Of a DNA stretch of 20,000 bases, positions 10,363 to 17,449 are shown piece after piece (position 1 is the first letter of the stretch; the number at the start of each line of letters is the position of its first letter). The stretch lies in the IMG/VR virus record IMGVR_UViG_3300037963_003337; one strand, given 5' to 3'. The notes under the pieces are model-generated. The model saw nothing but the letters and a program-made list of their open reading frames with translations. It was not told the DNA's origin and ran no database searches. The position numbers and the translations under genes were made by a program. The stretch comes from an uncultured virus (IMG/VR IMGVR_UViG_3300037963_003337) (Duplodnaviria > Heunggongvirae > Uroviricota > Caudoviricetes).

Positions 10363-10614
10363 ATGGACTTTCAAAAGTATCTCGACAATCTCACCAACCA
10401 ATTGAAGGCAGTCAATGCTGACATCGTAGAGAAACAGGAGGAACTGGACAAACTCAAGGAGTTTCGGTCTCGTATCAAGGGAGGACTAGAAGTGGTCAAC
10501 CAGATCGAGTCAGACAACAAACCAGAGGAACGTCCACCATTGCAATTGCAGCAGGAGATCCGTAATGAGATCCAAGAACTGCAACGCCATGGTGGTGACA
10601 TGGACGCACTGTGA
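10363..10614 (+). CDS. Hypothetical coiled-coil protein
   Basis: 83 aa with a heptad pattern (LTNQLKAVNADIVEKQEELDKLKEFRSRIKGGLEVV). Confidence 0.75.
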   Translation: MDFQKYLDNLTNQLKAVNADIVEKQEELDKLKEFRSRIKGGLEVVNQIESDNKPEERPPLQLQQEIRNEIQELQRHGGDMDAL

Positions 10615-10668
10615 CAGTGTACAAACCGCCACACCACAGGTCGCCAAGGACCAGGTGTTCGCTACAAT
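10611..10668 (+). promoter_or_regulatory. Dyad-promoter unit 1: GTGACAGT-GTACAA-ACCGCCAC ... TCGCCA-N16-TACAAT
   Basis: Dyad at 10611-10632, -10 at 10663-10668. Confidence 0.65.
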
Positions 10669-10694
10669 ATGAACATACACAAGGGAACACCACC

Positions 10695-11108
10695 ATGTAC
10701 AACACCACACTGACCGCCGAGAAGATTGAGGACTACACAGTAATGCTGTGTGATGCTCTCTACATGAACTTCAAAGAGTACAACATTCGTGCTCATCAGC
10801 GTTCTATCAACATGGGTGAGGACAACACTGGTTACCATGCTCGTAAGATCGAAGAGATCAAAGAGAACGGTGCTGACATTGAGTTCTACACCAAGAGAGG
10901 TAAGCGTTACCTGAAGATCATTATGAAGGACAGTGGTGGTTCCAATAGCGTCCATGCCTTCGTTGATCGTGAGACAGGTGATGTGTACAAGGCAGCATCC
11001 TGGAAGCAACCTGCTAAGATTGCTCGTTTCTCTCTCCTGCAGGACAGTGACCGTGAGTGGTTGTACCTCCACGCTGACTGGTCTGGTGGTTACCTCTACA
11101 TCCGCTGA
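10695..11108 (+). CDS. Conserved phage early protein (GKRYLKI...SVHAFVD..TGDVYKAASWK.PAK family)
   Basis: Start re-called at ATG 10695, after the promoter and a CA-rich leader. The motif is one I recognise from myovirus hypothetical proteins. Confidence 0.8.
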   Translation: MYNTTLTAEKIEDYTVMLCDALYMNFKEYNIRAHQRSINMGEDNTGYHARKIEEIKENGADIEFYTKRGKRYLKIIMKDSGGSNSVHAFVDRETGDVYKAASWKQPAKIARFSLLQDSDREWLYLHADWSGGYLYIR

Positions 11109-11110
11109 TC

Positions 11111-11314
11111 ATGGACGATATCACACGTAAGAGGTTGATCAATGCATTGTGTGCAGAGTGGGAATACTGCCTGCACAATGTATTTGAAGTTGACGGTGAG
11201 TGCATGAATCTCGAAGAGTATCGCCTTATGCTAGAATGCTACAATGACGATGATCTACTGAACATAGTAGGTGACGTTGACCACTATCTTAATCAATGGG
11301 GTGTTTGGAAATGA
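11111..11314 (+). CDS. Hypothetical acidic protein
   Basis: 67 aa ORF tightly packed between its neighbours. Confidence 0.7.
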   Translation: MDDITRKRLINALCAEWEYCLHNVFEVDGECMNLEEYRLMLECYNDDDLLNIVGDVDHYLNQWGVWK

Positions 11315-11832
11315 AGAATCTAGACAATCTTCCACTAGGCACGTGTGTATGCTCCAAGTGTGGGGAGCGTAAATCTAATATTGAATTCTCATGGTATGCC
11401 AATAGGTTTACCAAGGATGGTAAGCGTCTACGTGTCAATACAATCTGTGACACATGTTCCTCTCGCACTGCTAAGGAACTTGCTGCCATTAAGAGAACGA
11501 TAGTGAAGCAGCATCCACGTCCTGCATATGGTGAGAACTGTGCCATCTGTGATAAACCCGTGTACAAGAACAAAGCATCTGTACCTGATGGTGTAGATGG
11601 TACGTGGGGATGGCAATGTGACCATGATCATGCATCTGGTCAGTTCAGAGGATGGTTGTGTAAGAAGTGCAACACGGGATTAGGAGCACTAGGTGATGAT
11701 CTGGAGTCCATTCTTCGTGCTGTACAATACCTTGCCAAGCAAGATGACCTAGAAATCTACACTGTATGGAACGGTGGTAAGAGTAGAATTGCGTCTAAGG
11801 TCAATAAAGAGTACCTGAAACGCGGAGAATAA
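11311..11832 (+). CDS. Endonuclease VII-family HNH nuclease with N-terminal Zn ribbon (possible free-standing homing endonuclease)
   Basis: CAIC...CDHDHASGQFRGWLCKKCNTGLGALGDD is the EndoVII signature. CSKC and CDTC lie upstream. The ATG overlaps the previous TGA (ATGA). Confidence 0.85.
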   Translation: MKNLDNLPLGTCVCSKCGERKSNIEFSWYANRFTKDGKRLRVNTICDTCSSRTAKELAAIKRTIVKQHPRPAYGENCAICDKPVYKNKASVPDGVDGTWGWQCDHDHASGQFRGWLCKKCNTGLGALGDDLESILRAVQYLAKQDDLEIYTVWNGGKSRIASKVNKEYLKRGE

Positions 11833-11851
11833 ATACATTGCGTTCACACGC

Positions 11852-11880
11852 TTGACAATATTCCGTAAATGACTTAAACT
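11852..11880 (+). promoter_or_regulatory. Sigma70 early promoter TTGACA-N17-TAAACT
   Basis: Perfect -35 and 17-bp spacer, upstream of the ATG at 11905. Confidence 0.75.
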
Positions 11881-11904
11881 TTACCCGTTCACGCATTTTC
11901 CACT

Positions 11905-12087
11905 ATGTACAGCACTACTACTATTGTTGATCGTTCTGTGTATTACGTAGAAGAGATCACATATGAGTCCGCCTTTGAGTGTGACCATGATGAAGAAGGA
12001 TGGTATGTCGAACTATCTTTCAGCGATGGTGGTTATGATGTGTACGGACCATATCATTCTAAAGAGGAGGCATCCAATGTTTTTTGA
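11905..12087 (+). CDS. Hypothetical acidic protein
   Basis: 60 aa; GWY...VYGPYHSKEEA motif; follows a promoter. Confidence 0.7.
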   Translation: MYSTTTIVDRSVYYVEEITYESAFECDHDEEGWYVELSFSDGGYDVYGPYHSKEEASNVF

Positions 12088-12229
12088 CTCTACCTATGAC
12101 CTATTTGATGAGAAGGCAGCAGAAGAAGCACACAAGTGTGCAATGGAACTAGAAAAGCGTGCTGCTGAACTAGAAGTAACAGTTGACTATTTTATTGAGG
12201 AATTTGACATTGATGAATTCGAGATTTGA
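12077..12229 (+). CDS. Small cyanophage protein (LEKRAAELEVTVDYFIEEF)
   Basis: Start re-called at ATG 12077, with SD GAGGAGG at 12064-12070. Confidence 0.75.
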   Translation: MFFDSTYDLFDEKAAEEAHKCAMELEKRAAELEVTVDYFIEEFDIDEFEI

Positions 12230-12398
12230 TCTCACTCCCCAGGAAGTCAGTATCCTGATGGCGTCAATGCAGTGCATGACAAAAAGTGAAGAGGCACATG
12301 CAGGACCACCATTAGTGGTCTCTCGCCTCTATAATAAATTGTATACTCGACATGAGTACCTACTTCGTCTCCAACAAGATTATGAACCCGACATTTGA
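12213..12398 (+). CDS. Hypothetical protein
   Basis: ATG at 12213, preceded by GAGG; overlapping operon packing. Confidence 0.65.
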   Translation: MNSRFDLTPQEVSILMASMQCMTKSEEAHAGPPLVVSRLYNKLYTRHEYLLRLQQDYEPDI

Positions 12399-12621
12399 TC
12401 AAGACATGGTGTTTGCTCCTCTTCCCATGAAGAAACCAGCAGCACCAACGATGCAATCGCATCGGGACAGTAAGCACACATGGAAACTGGTGTTGCACAA
12501 GGACAATGGTGATAAACTCATCAGGTTCTGCAGCACCAAGAAACATGCTCTTGCTGTGGGTCGAGCAGTACATAATGCCAAGACCCGTCCAACTAAAATG
12601 TTTAGTGTAACCAAAGCATGA
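12382..12621 (+). CDS. Hypothetical basic protein
   Basis: ATG at 12382 overlaps the upstream gene end; its stop overlaps the next ATG. Confidence 0.6.
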   Translation: MNPTFDQDMVFAPLPMKKPAAPTMQSHRDSKHTWKLVLHKDNGDKLIRFCSTKKHALAVGRAVHNAKTRPTKMFSVTKA

Positions 12622-12815
12622 AAACAAGAGAAGAACCACAACCAGGAGCATATACCTGGAATCCTCGTAAAGAGATTGAGTACATTAAGAAGGCACTCAA
12701 GCAAGATCATCTGTACACTGATGATGAGATTAGACATCTCAAGTCACGCTTACGTGATATGTACATTGTCAACAAACAAATGAAGAGAGGACCAGGTTTT
12801 GGCAGAGCATCCTGA
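12618..12815 (+). CDS. Small cyanophage protein (IKKALKQDHLYTDDEIRHLK...GFG)
   Basis: ATGA coupling to the upstream gene; motif typical of cyanomyovirus hypothetical proteins. Confidence 0.75.
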   Translation: MKTREEPQPGAYTWNPRKEIEYIKKALKQDHLYTDDEIRHLKSRLRDMYIVNKQMKRGPGFGRAS

Positions 12816-13032
12816 AATTGCTGAATACGAGTGGATCGATGATTGTTTCCGTGTATGGGAGACAAGATACGGTCTATGGCAATCAGAAACAAAAGAAGGA
12901 CGTAGTATGCTAACTGGTCTTCACAAAGACAATGTTATTATGATGACTCGATGGCACCTCAAGTGTGAGCAAGAGGGTTGGCCAGAAGGAAGTGTACGTG
13001 TACTTGATGTAGACCCAGCAGTAGAACTATGA
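12799..13032 (+). CDS. Small cyanophage protein (EWIDDCFRVWETRYGLW)
   Basis: TTG start preceded by GAGAGGA; motif typical of cyanomyovirus hypothetical proteins. Confidence 0.7.
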   Translation: MAEHPEIAEYEWIDDCFRVWETRYGLWQSETKEGRSMLTGLHKDNVIMMTRWHLKCEQEGWPEGSVRVLDVDPAVEL

Positions 13033-13169
13033 CTGAAAAGAACCAACCAAAGCAAGAGGTAGAAACACAAACTACCATCTTACAAAAGAAAGCAGGAACA
13101 TATGTTGTTCCTAAAGGTAATGCCACACCACAGAAGGGATGGCGTACAGACAATGCACTATCGGATTGA
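13029..13169 (+). CDS. Hypothetical 46-aa protein (MTEKNQPKQEVETQ...)
   Basis: Read manually (below the ORF-track cutoff); ATGA overlap with the upstream stop. Confidence 0.55.
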   Translation: MTEKNQPKQEVETQTTILQKKAGTYVVPKGNATPQKGWRTDNALSD

Positions 13170-13172
13170 ACC

Positions 13173-13331
13173 ATGCCAAAGAAACAACGAATTGATGACA
13201 AGGGCAACACATGGGAGTGGGATGAAACTCCTGAAACTAAGAAAGCACTGAAAAAGTTGCACGATTCCATTGAACGTGCTAAACTTAAGCGAGAGGACGA
13301 TCGAAAGGGATACGACACGTATTCCAAATAA
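13173..13331 (+). CDS. Hypothetical 52-aa protein (MPKKQRIDDKGNTWEWDETPET...)
   Basis: Read manually; begins 3 bp after the previous stop. Confidence 0.65.
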   Translation: MPKKQRIDDKGNTWEWDETPETKKALKKLHDSIERAKLKREDDRKGYDTYSK

Positions 13332-13381
13332 CCCTCTCAGACCCCTCTACAATCCCCTACAACACGCTTTATCACCACATT

Positions 13382-13555
13382 ATGTACGAAGACATCACTG
13401 GCGAATCATTTCAAGCAGATGGTGAGTTTTGGGAGAGTATTTCTCTGCCCTGGGACGACTATGATGATTACTTGCAAAAGGAAGAACTAAATACTACTTC
13501 TTCTAACAAGTACGATGAACTTTCCGAAGAATACTATGTACAATTTGAATCATGA
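13382..13555 (+). CDS. Hypothetical 57-aa highly acidic protein (MYEDITGESFQADGEFWES...)
   Basis: Read manually; CA-rich leader; 17 D/E versus 2 K. Confidence 0.6.
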   Translation: MYEDITGESFQADGEFWESISLPWDDYDDYLQKEELNTTSSNKYDELSEEYYVQFES

Positions 13556-13724
13556 TCATGCGTGTTTAATACGTAATCTATTACACAATGAGCGACTCCA
13601 GTATGCGTATTGCGACAAAGCACTCGATGCCCAGTGGATCAGAACAGTCAACGAAGCAATCGACAGAATGGAACACCCTGACCGATATATCACTACTGAA
13701 ACTGAATCAGGTAGTGATGTATGA
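13536..13724 (+). CDS. Hypothetical protein
   Basis: ORF 13515-13724 with a probable start at ATG 13536. Confidence 0.55.
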   Translation: MYNLNHDHACLIRNLLHNERLQYAYCDKALDAQWIRTVNEAIDRMEHPDRYITTETESGSDV

Positions 13725-13857
13725 GGATACCACTGCAGTGGTCACTTTTGTTGATCCATTATATTGTGTCATTACAAAGGAATCTATGCAGTATGGTATC
13801 ATTATCTACCCACAATTCGCACACCGTGTCAAAGTCAAACAACTCATACCTGGATGA
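13717..13857 (+). CDS. Hypothetical small beta-rich protein (MYEDTTAVVTFVDPLYCVI...)
   Basis: 3' part of ORF 13588-13857; the start position is uncertain. Confidence 0.45.
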   Translation: MYEDTTAVVTFVDPLYCVITKESMQYGIIIYPQFAHRVKVKQLIPG

Positions 13858-14032
13858 ACTCGATGACTACTATCCCAAATTTTTATCAGGTGAACTATCT
13901 GTTAAGGAACAAGTGGATTTTATCCAAACTGTCATTGATCTTGATCTCCAAAAGAGGTACGACCTACACTACATGTGTAAATACTTCATACTTGAAGGAT
14001 TCTGTTACGAGGTAAACACAGGTAATGACTAA
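13793..14032 (+). CDS. Hypothetical protein
   Basis: 3' part of ORF 13721-14032 (LDELDDYYPKFLSGELSVKEQVDFIQ...); the start position is uncertain. Confidence 0.6.
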   Translation: MVSLSTHNSHTVSKSNNSYLDELDDYYPKFLSGELSVKEQVDFIQTVIDLDLQKRYDLHYMCKYFILEGFCYEVNTGND

Positions 14033-14246
14033 TCCAGTACCAGCAGCATATTATACTACTGTATCAAGAGGACAAGTACAATTACGTTCCTCTCAACGTA
14101 GTGGTGTAATACAAACATTTGGTTCCAACATACAAACTGCAATTGTACAAGGAGATCAAATCGTGGCAACCAGTGATAAGGGTGTCACATACATCTATCA
14201 AATAGCAAACAACTACGCTATACTCAAGAAAACATTTTGGAGGTAA
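14025..14246 (+). CDS. Hypothetical beta-strand protein
   Basis: 73 aa, overlapping the upstream stop. Confidence 0.7.
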   Translation: MTNPVPAAYYTTVSRGQVQLRSSQRSGVIQTFGSNIQTAIVQGDQIVATSDKGVTYIYQIANNYAILKKTFWR

Positions 14247-14250
14247 TTCT

Positions 14251-14460
14251 ATGTCATGTTGTCCATCAGGATCTGATCCTCGTAAGTGGGTAGTGCTGTT
14301 CCAACGTCCTGGACGTATAGCAAATATGGATGAATGGTTCGATTCACAACAGGAAGCGGAAAAGAGGTGTGAAGAACTACAAGATATGTTTGATTGGTTG
14401 TATGAAAGGAATAATAAAACTGATGGACCATGCAAAGTATGGGTAGAAGAAAAGATATGA
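14251..14460 (+). CDS. Hypothetical protein (FDSQQEAE motif)
   Basis: SD GGAGG at 14239-14243; 69 aa. Confidence 0.7.
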   Translation: MSCCPSGSDPRKWVVLFQRPGRIANMDEWFDSQQEAEKRCEELQDMFDWLYERNNKTDGPCKVWVEEKI

Positions 14461-14466
14461 TCTAAT

Positions 14467-14664
14467 TTTTCCACAAGAAACTGAAAATGTTTTAATGTTA
14501 AAATAAATATACTTACGTTTTCCACAAGGGTGTGGAAAACTTTGTAAATACTGTGAGTTCTTGTGGTCTTAGCACGCTCGCACCCATTTGTCAAGTTTCC
14601 ACAGACACTAATAAAACTGGCACATCTCGGAGTTTTCCACAGGAATCTCAAAAATTGTGGAAAA
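14467..14664. promoter_or_regulatory. Cluster of cyanobacterial-type DnaA boxes (TTTTCCACA) with an AT-rich tract; oriC-like locus
   Basis: Perfect boxes at 14467(+), 14518(+), 14531(-), 14633(+) and 14656(-); a 1-mismatch box GTTTCCACA at 14595; AT-rich stretch at about 14484-14511; intergenic position. Confidence 0.7.
14566..14623 (-). promoter_or_regulatory. Antisense dyad-promoter unit: GTGCCAGT-TTTATT-AGTGTCTG ... TTGACA-N17-TAAGAC
   Basis: On the - strand: dyad 14623-14602, -35 14594-14589, -10 14571-14566 with extended TG. Confidence 0.6.
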
Positions 14665-14720
14665 CTGTGGTTTTCTGAGAAAAGTGAGAATCCTGACAAA
14701 ATCTGCAGTTTCTGACATAC

Positions 14721-14749
14721 TTGACAGAAGTGCCAGATTCTGCTAGAAT
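14721..14749 (+). promoter_or_regulatory. Strong sigma70 promoter TTGACA-N17-TAGAAT (extended TG)
   Basis: Near-consensus -35 and -10 with a 17-bp spacer. Confidence 0.8.
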
Positions 14750-14795
14750 AACTCTGTTAAGGTTGATAGATATACTATAGGTAGCTTAGAGAGCT

Positions 14796-15212
14796 TTGGA
14801 GTACTTTATTGTAAAGAAACAACATACTGAGATATTGGTGTGGTATCCTCCTATTAGAGGATTCAGACAGATTATACCACAACCATACTTTTCTTTAGAA
14901 CTGGCGAATCGCGTCAGAAAGAGAATGATTCTACCACATGGTAGATATAATCCAGAATATGTAAAAGTTGTCACACGTGACACTTTATCTAAATTACTGG
15001 AAAAAGCACCAGAATGGAAGAAAACTTACAAACCTGCCACTTTTATCAGAGGTGAAAACTTTTCTGAAAAAGGTGAGATTCGTGGTGCTAACTATAATGA
15101 TAAGGGTCACACAGAAGTAGGTGACATTGGTTGGATGAAGTATTCAGATAGAGTATACAACAACAAGGTCTGGGATGTGCAAGAGAAGGACAGTTTTGGA
15201 ACTGGTCCATAG
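14796..15212 (+). CDS. Hypothetical protein
   Basis: 138-aa ORF with a TTG start downstream of a strong promoter. It is unusually rich in promoter-like words, so its coding status is less certain. Confidence 0.5.
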   Translation: MEYFIVKKQHTEILVWYPPIRGFRQIIPQPYFSLELANRVRKRMILPHGRYNPEYVKVVTRDTLSKLLEKAPEWKKTYKPATFIRGENFSEKGEIRGANYNDKGHTEVGDIGWMKYSDRVYNNKVWDVQEKDSFGTGP

Positions 15213-15244
15213 TGGTTGACAAGGTGGGCAATTCGGTGTATTAT
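15187..15244 (+). promoter_or_regulatory. Dyad-promoter unit: AGGACAGT-TTTGGA-ACTGGTCCA ... TTGACA-N17-TATTAT
   Basis: Dyad 15187-15209; -35 15216-15221; -10 15239-15244. Confidence 0.75.
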
Positions 15245-15274
15245 AAGGGAGTCGTTAATCAAAACAACAACATT

Positions 15275-15502
15275 ATGCAAATCGAATTCACTTCATCTTC
15301 CATGCTGCAATCTCCTGTGATTGTTGATACTGACGCTGGAACTGCAACCCTGACCTATAAGAATTCGGGTAAGGATTACACCTACAACATTGATAACAAC
15401 TTCGTGCAAGATTTGCAGGAAACTATCACCAACGAGAAAAGTGTTGGTAAGTTTATCCTAGCAGCACGTGCCGATCGCCGTCTGACTGAAGTGACAGTTT
15501 GA
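15275..15502 (+). CDS. KTSC-like small protein
   Basis: Start re-called at ATG 15275. The pattern SSSML...DTDAGTATLTYKNSGKDYTY...SVGKFI resembles the KTSC domain. Confidence 0.6.
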   Translation: MQIEFTSSSMLQSPVIVDTDAGTATLTYKNSGKDYTYNIDNNFVQDLQETITNEKSVGKFILAARADRRLTEVTV

Positions 15503-15548
15503 TAGGTGTCCACTAGGGGTTGCCAAAGGTGACCCCTTCCCTTATATT
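15491..15548 (+). promoter_or_regulatory. Dyad-promoter unit with stem-loop: GTGACAGT-TTGATA-GGTGTCCAC ... TTGCCA-N17-TATATT
   Basis: Dyad 15491-15513; the inverted repeat AGGGGTTGCC-AAA-GGTGACCCCT (15515-15537) covers the -35. Confidence 0.75.
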
Positions 15549-15570
15549 AAATGAAGTTCAAACAAACCTC

Positions 15571-16092
15571 ATGGGAACACGTTCACGAATTGGTCTTGCA
15601 CTCTCGCTTGATCATATTGTTTCTGTCTATTGTCATTATGACGGATACATTCAACACAATGGACGTAAACTTGTAGAGAAGTTTAACACTCAAGAACTGG
15701 TTGAGGATCTTATCAACGGTGGCGATATGTCATCTCTTGATACTATCCACACGTGGGAATCAGCACCATTGAAACAAATAGTGATCGACGCTGATGGTAA
15801 CAAAACCGTCGAATATATGCGTGACGCTGATGACAACTGGGTTTATTCTCCAGTGAAAGCAACATCATCCCCACAGTATTATTCTGAGAGGGGTGAAGAT
15901 TGCCCTCCACAATTCACCAACTTTGATGAGTTTATCGCTGGTAATTGTGGAGAGGAATGGTGTTACTTATTCACCCCTAATCGTGGGTGGCAGTGTTGGA
16001 AACTCGGTTGGGGTGATACTAACACTTTAGAGTATGATTTCATCACTGAGGAACCATCTCAGGAATTGTCAACCGATACTGTGACAGTTTGA
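15571..16092 (+). CDS. Conserved phage protein (MGTRSRIG...SVYCHYDGY...G..L family)
   Basis: Start re-called at ATG 15571. The YCHxDGY and EEWCYLF motifs are typical of a widespread phage hypothetical family. Confidence 0.8.
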   Translation: MGTRSRIGLALSLDHIVSVYCHYDGYIQHNGRKLVEKFNTQELVEDLINGGDMSSLDTIHTWESAPLKQIVIDADGNKTVEYMRDADDNWVYSPVKATSSPQYYSERGEDCPPQFTNFDEFIAGNCGEEWCYLFTPNRGWQCWKLGWGDTNTLEYDFITEEPSQELSTDTVTV

Positions 16093-16140
16093 GAGGTGGC
16101 ACGGGGGGGATGGCACGATTCACCCCCCTGTGGTTATACT
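16081..16140 (+). promoter_or_regulatory. Dyad-promoter unit: GTGACAGT-TTGAGA-GGTGGCAC ... G7/C6 stem ... TATACT
   Basis: Dyad 16081-16102; -10 16135-16140. Confidence 0.7.
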
Positions 16141-16146
16141 GTGTGC

Positions 16147-16350
16147 ATGGACAAAGAAACCATGAACGAAACCCAATTGACCTTCCTACGTGAGCAACTG
16201 CAGGAGTCGCTGTGCTGCTGGCGTGAGGTTAACGACCTGCCCGAGTTCGTAGACGAGGAATTGTGTGACCTCGTGCTGGCGTGCTTCATTGAGGCAGGTG
16301 AGTGTGACAGTGTGGAAACTGTCCCTGATGAGTCCACAGGGTGGCAGTGA
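16147..16350 (+). CDS. Hypothetical acidic Cys-rich protein
   Basis: ATG at 16147 (or 16162) after the -10 box. Confidence 0.65.
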   Translation: MDKETMNETQLTFLREQLQESLCCWREVNDLPEFVDEELCDLVLACFIEAGECDSVETVPDESTGWQ

Positions 16351-16361
16351 CCCCCTATAAT
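16304..16361 (+). promoter_or_regulatory. Dyad-promoter unit embedded in a gene end: GTGACAGT-GTGGAA-ACTGTCCC ... TATAAT
   Basis: Dyad 16304-16325; -10 16356-16361. Confidence 0.7.
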
Positions 16362-16367
16362 AAACTC

Positions 16368-16997
16368 ATGAGCAACCAACCAACCATGCACGACACAAAG
16401 AACATCCTCGCCATGTACATGCAGGCAACGCCTGTTGATACTCAAGAGGGTACGGTATGGTATAACAATGCCCACAAGATCTGCAAGGGTCTCAGTGACA
16501 AATACAAGATGCCACTTTCTACAGTTGTTGGTGTTGTATCTGCTCTCAGTCCTAATAACAAATGGGACAGAAACATTCTTGATGCTGAGCAAATGATTCG
16601 TGCATATGCTCTAGGATATGACTATCCTAAGGTTTGCACATTCACTAGCAACAAAGACAAAGCAATGACTATCCTAGAGTGTGAAATTGACTCTAGCGAT
16701 AACATTTGTGCCATTCTCAAGGGTAACAAAACCATTGCATTCTTCCGTGGTATACTTACTGACGGACAGTGTGATGAGATCACTGTTGATGGTCACGCCT
16801 TCAATATCTGGCGTGGTATGTACACTTCACTCAATGAGGTTCCCGCTATCAGCAACAAACTGTACAAATCAATTAGTGATGCCTACCGTCAGGCGGCAGT
16901 TACTATCAACGAAATTGAAGACACAAACTATTCACCCGCCCAGATTCAAGCGATCACATGGGTTACCCATCGGCGTGTGAATGGTGTTGTTAAGTGA
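16368..16997 (+). CDS. HhH-GPD/endonuclease III-like (DNA glycosylase-fold) phage protein
   Basis: Motifs EGTVWY, GVVSALSPNNKWDRN, GNKTIAF, ITVDGHA (compare VDTHV) and PAQIQAITW. Start is 16368 or 16386. Confidence 0.6.
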   Translation: MSNQPTMHDTKNILAMYMQATPVDTQEGTVWYNNAHKICKGLSDKYKMPLSTVVGVVSALSPNNKWDRNILDAEQMIRAYALGYDYPKVCTFTSNKDKAMTILECEIDSSDNICAILKGNKTIAFFRGILTDGQCDEITVDGHAFNIWRGMYTSLNEVPAISNKLYKSISDAYRQAAVTINEIEDTNYSPAQIQAITWVTHRRVNGVVK

Positions 16998-17107
16998 CAT
17001 CAATCCTAACCCTAATCCTCGCCCTTGTTATTATCTTGGGCGGGGTTGAACTTGCTTATTTTTTGCTCGTTCAGTTTCTATCACTATTTGCAGGACGGTC
17101 TAGATAG
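16994..17107 (+). CDS. 37-aa membrane peptide (MTSILTLILALVIILGGVELAYFLLVQFLSLFAGRSR)
   Basis: Read manually; GTGA overlap with the upstream stop; almost fully hydrophobic. Confidence 0.5.
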   Translation: MTSILTLILALVIILGGVELAYFLLVQFLSLFAGRSR

Positions 17108-17149
17108 TGGCACACACCCCGTTGCCAAGTCCCCTCTGTGCCCTATAAT
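17092..17149 (+). promoter_or_regulatory. Dyad-promoter unit: AGGACGGT-CTAGAT-AGTGGCAC ... TTGCCA-N16-TATAAT
   Basis: Dyad 17092-17113; -35 17122-17127; -10 17144-17149. Confidence 0.75.
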
Positions 17150-17155
17150 AAGGAC

Positions 17156-17365
17156 ATGAACAACAAACCACTCAAACCAGTCCACAACGGCATGTTCCTC
17201 GTGAACGAGACCGCTGCTAAAGATGACCTCTGCCAGCAGGTCATGGCATCCTACATCGCAACACTCAAAGCAGAGGCAGAGTATCGCGACAGAGTGAGAG
17301 CAGGTCTAGAACCTGCACCACGTACCCAGAACTGGGGAACCTGGAACATCAGCGACCGCCACTAA
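17156..17365 (+). CDS. Hypothetical protein (C-terminal WNISDRH), probably leaderless
   Basis: ATG begins 7 nt after the last base of the -10 box. Confidence 0.75.
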   Translation: MNNKPLKPVHNGMFLVNETAAKDDLCQQVMASYIATLKAEAEYRDRVRAGLEPAPRTQNWGTWNISDRH

Positions 17366-17380
17366 GGCGGTCTTTTTTTT
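17354..17380 (+). terminator. Rho-independent terminator
   Basis: GACCGCC-ACTAA-GGCGGTC followed by T8. Confidence 0.9.
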
Positions 17381-17449
17381 GCCCTGCCTTTCCTATTTTG
17401 GGCTCTACCTTCACTCTAGCACAGGGTGCCCACCTTATAGGGACAGCAT

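Noticed and set aside
14082..14699. 205-aa minus-strand ORF across the DnaA-box locus
   Set aside because: It is antisense to two well-formed + genes and has a low-complexity F/S-rich translation of repeats; most likely a shadow ORF.
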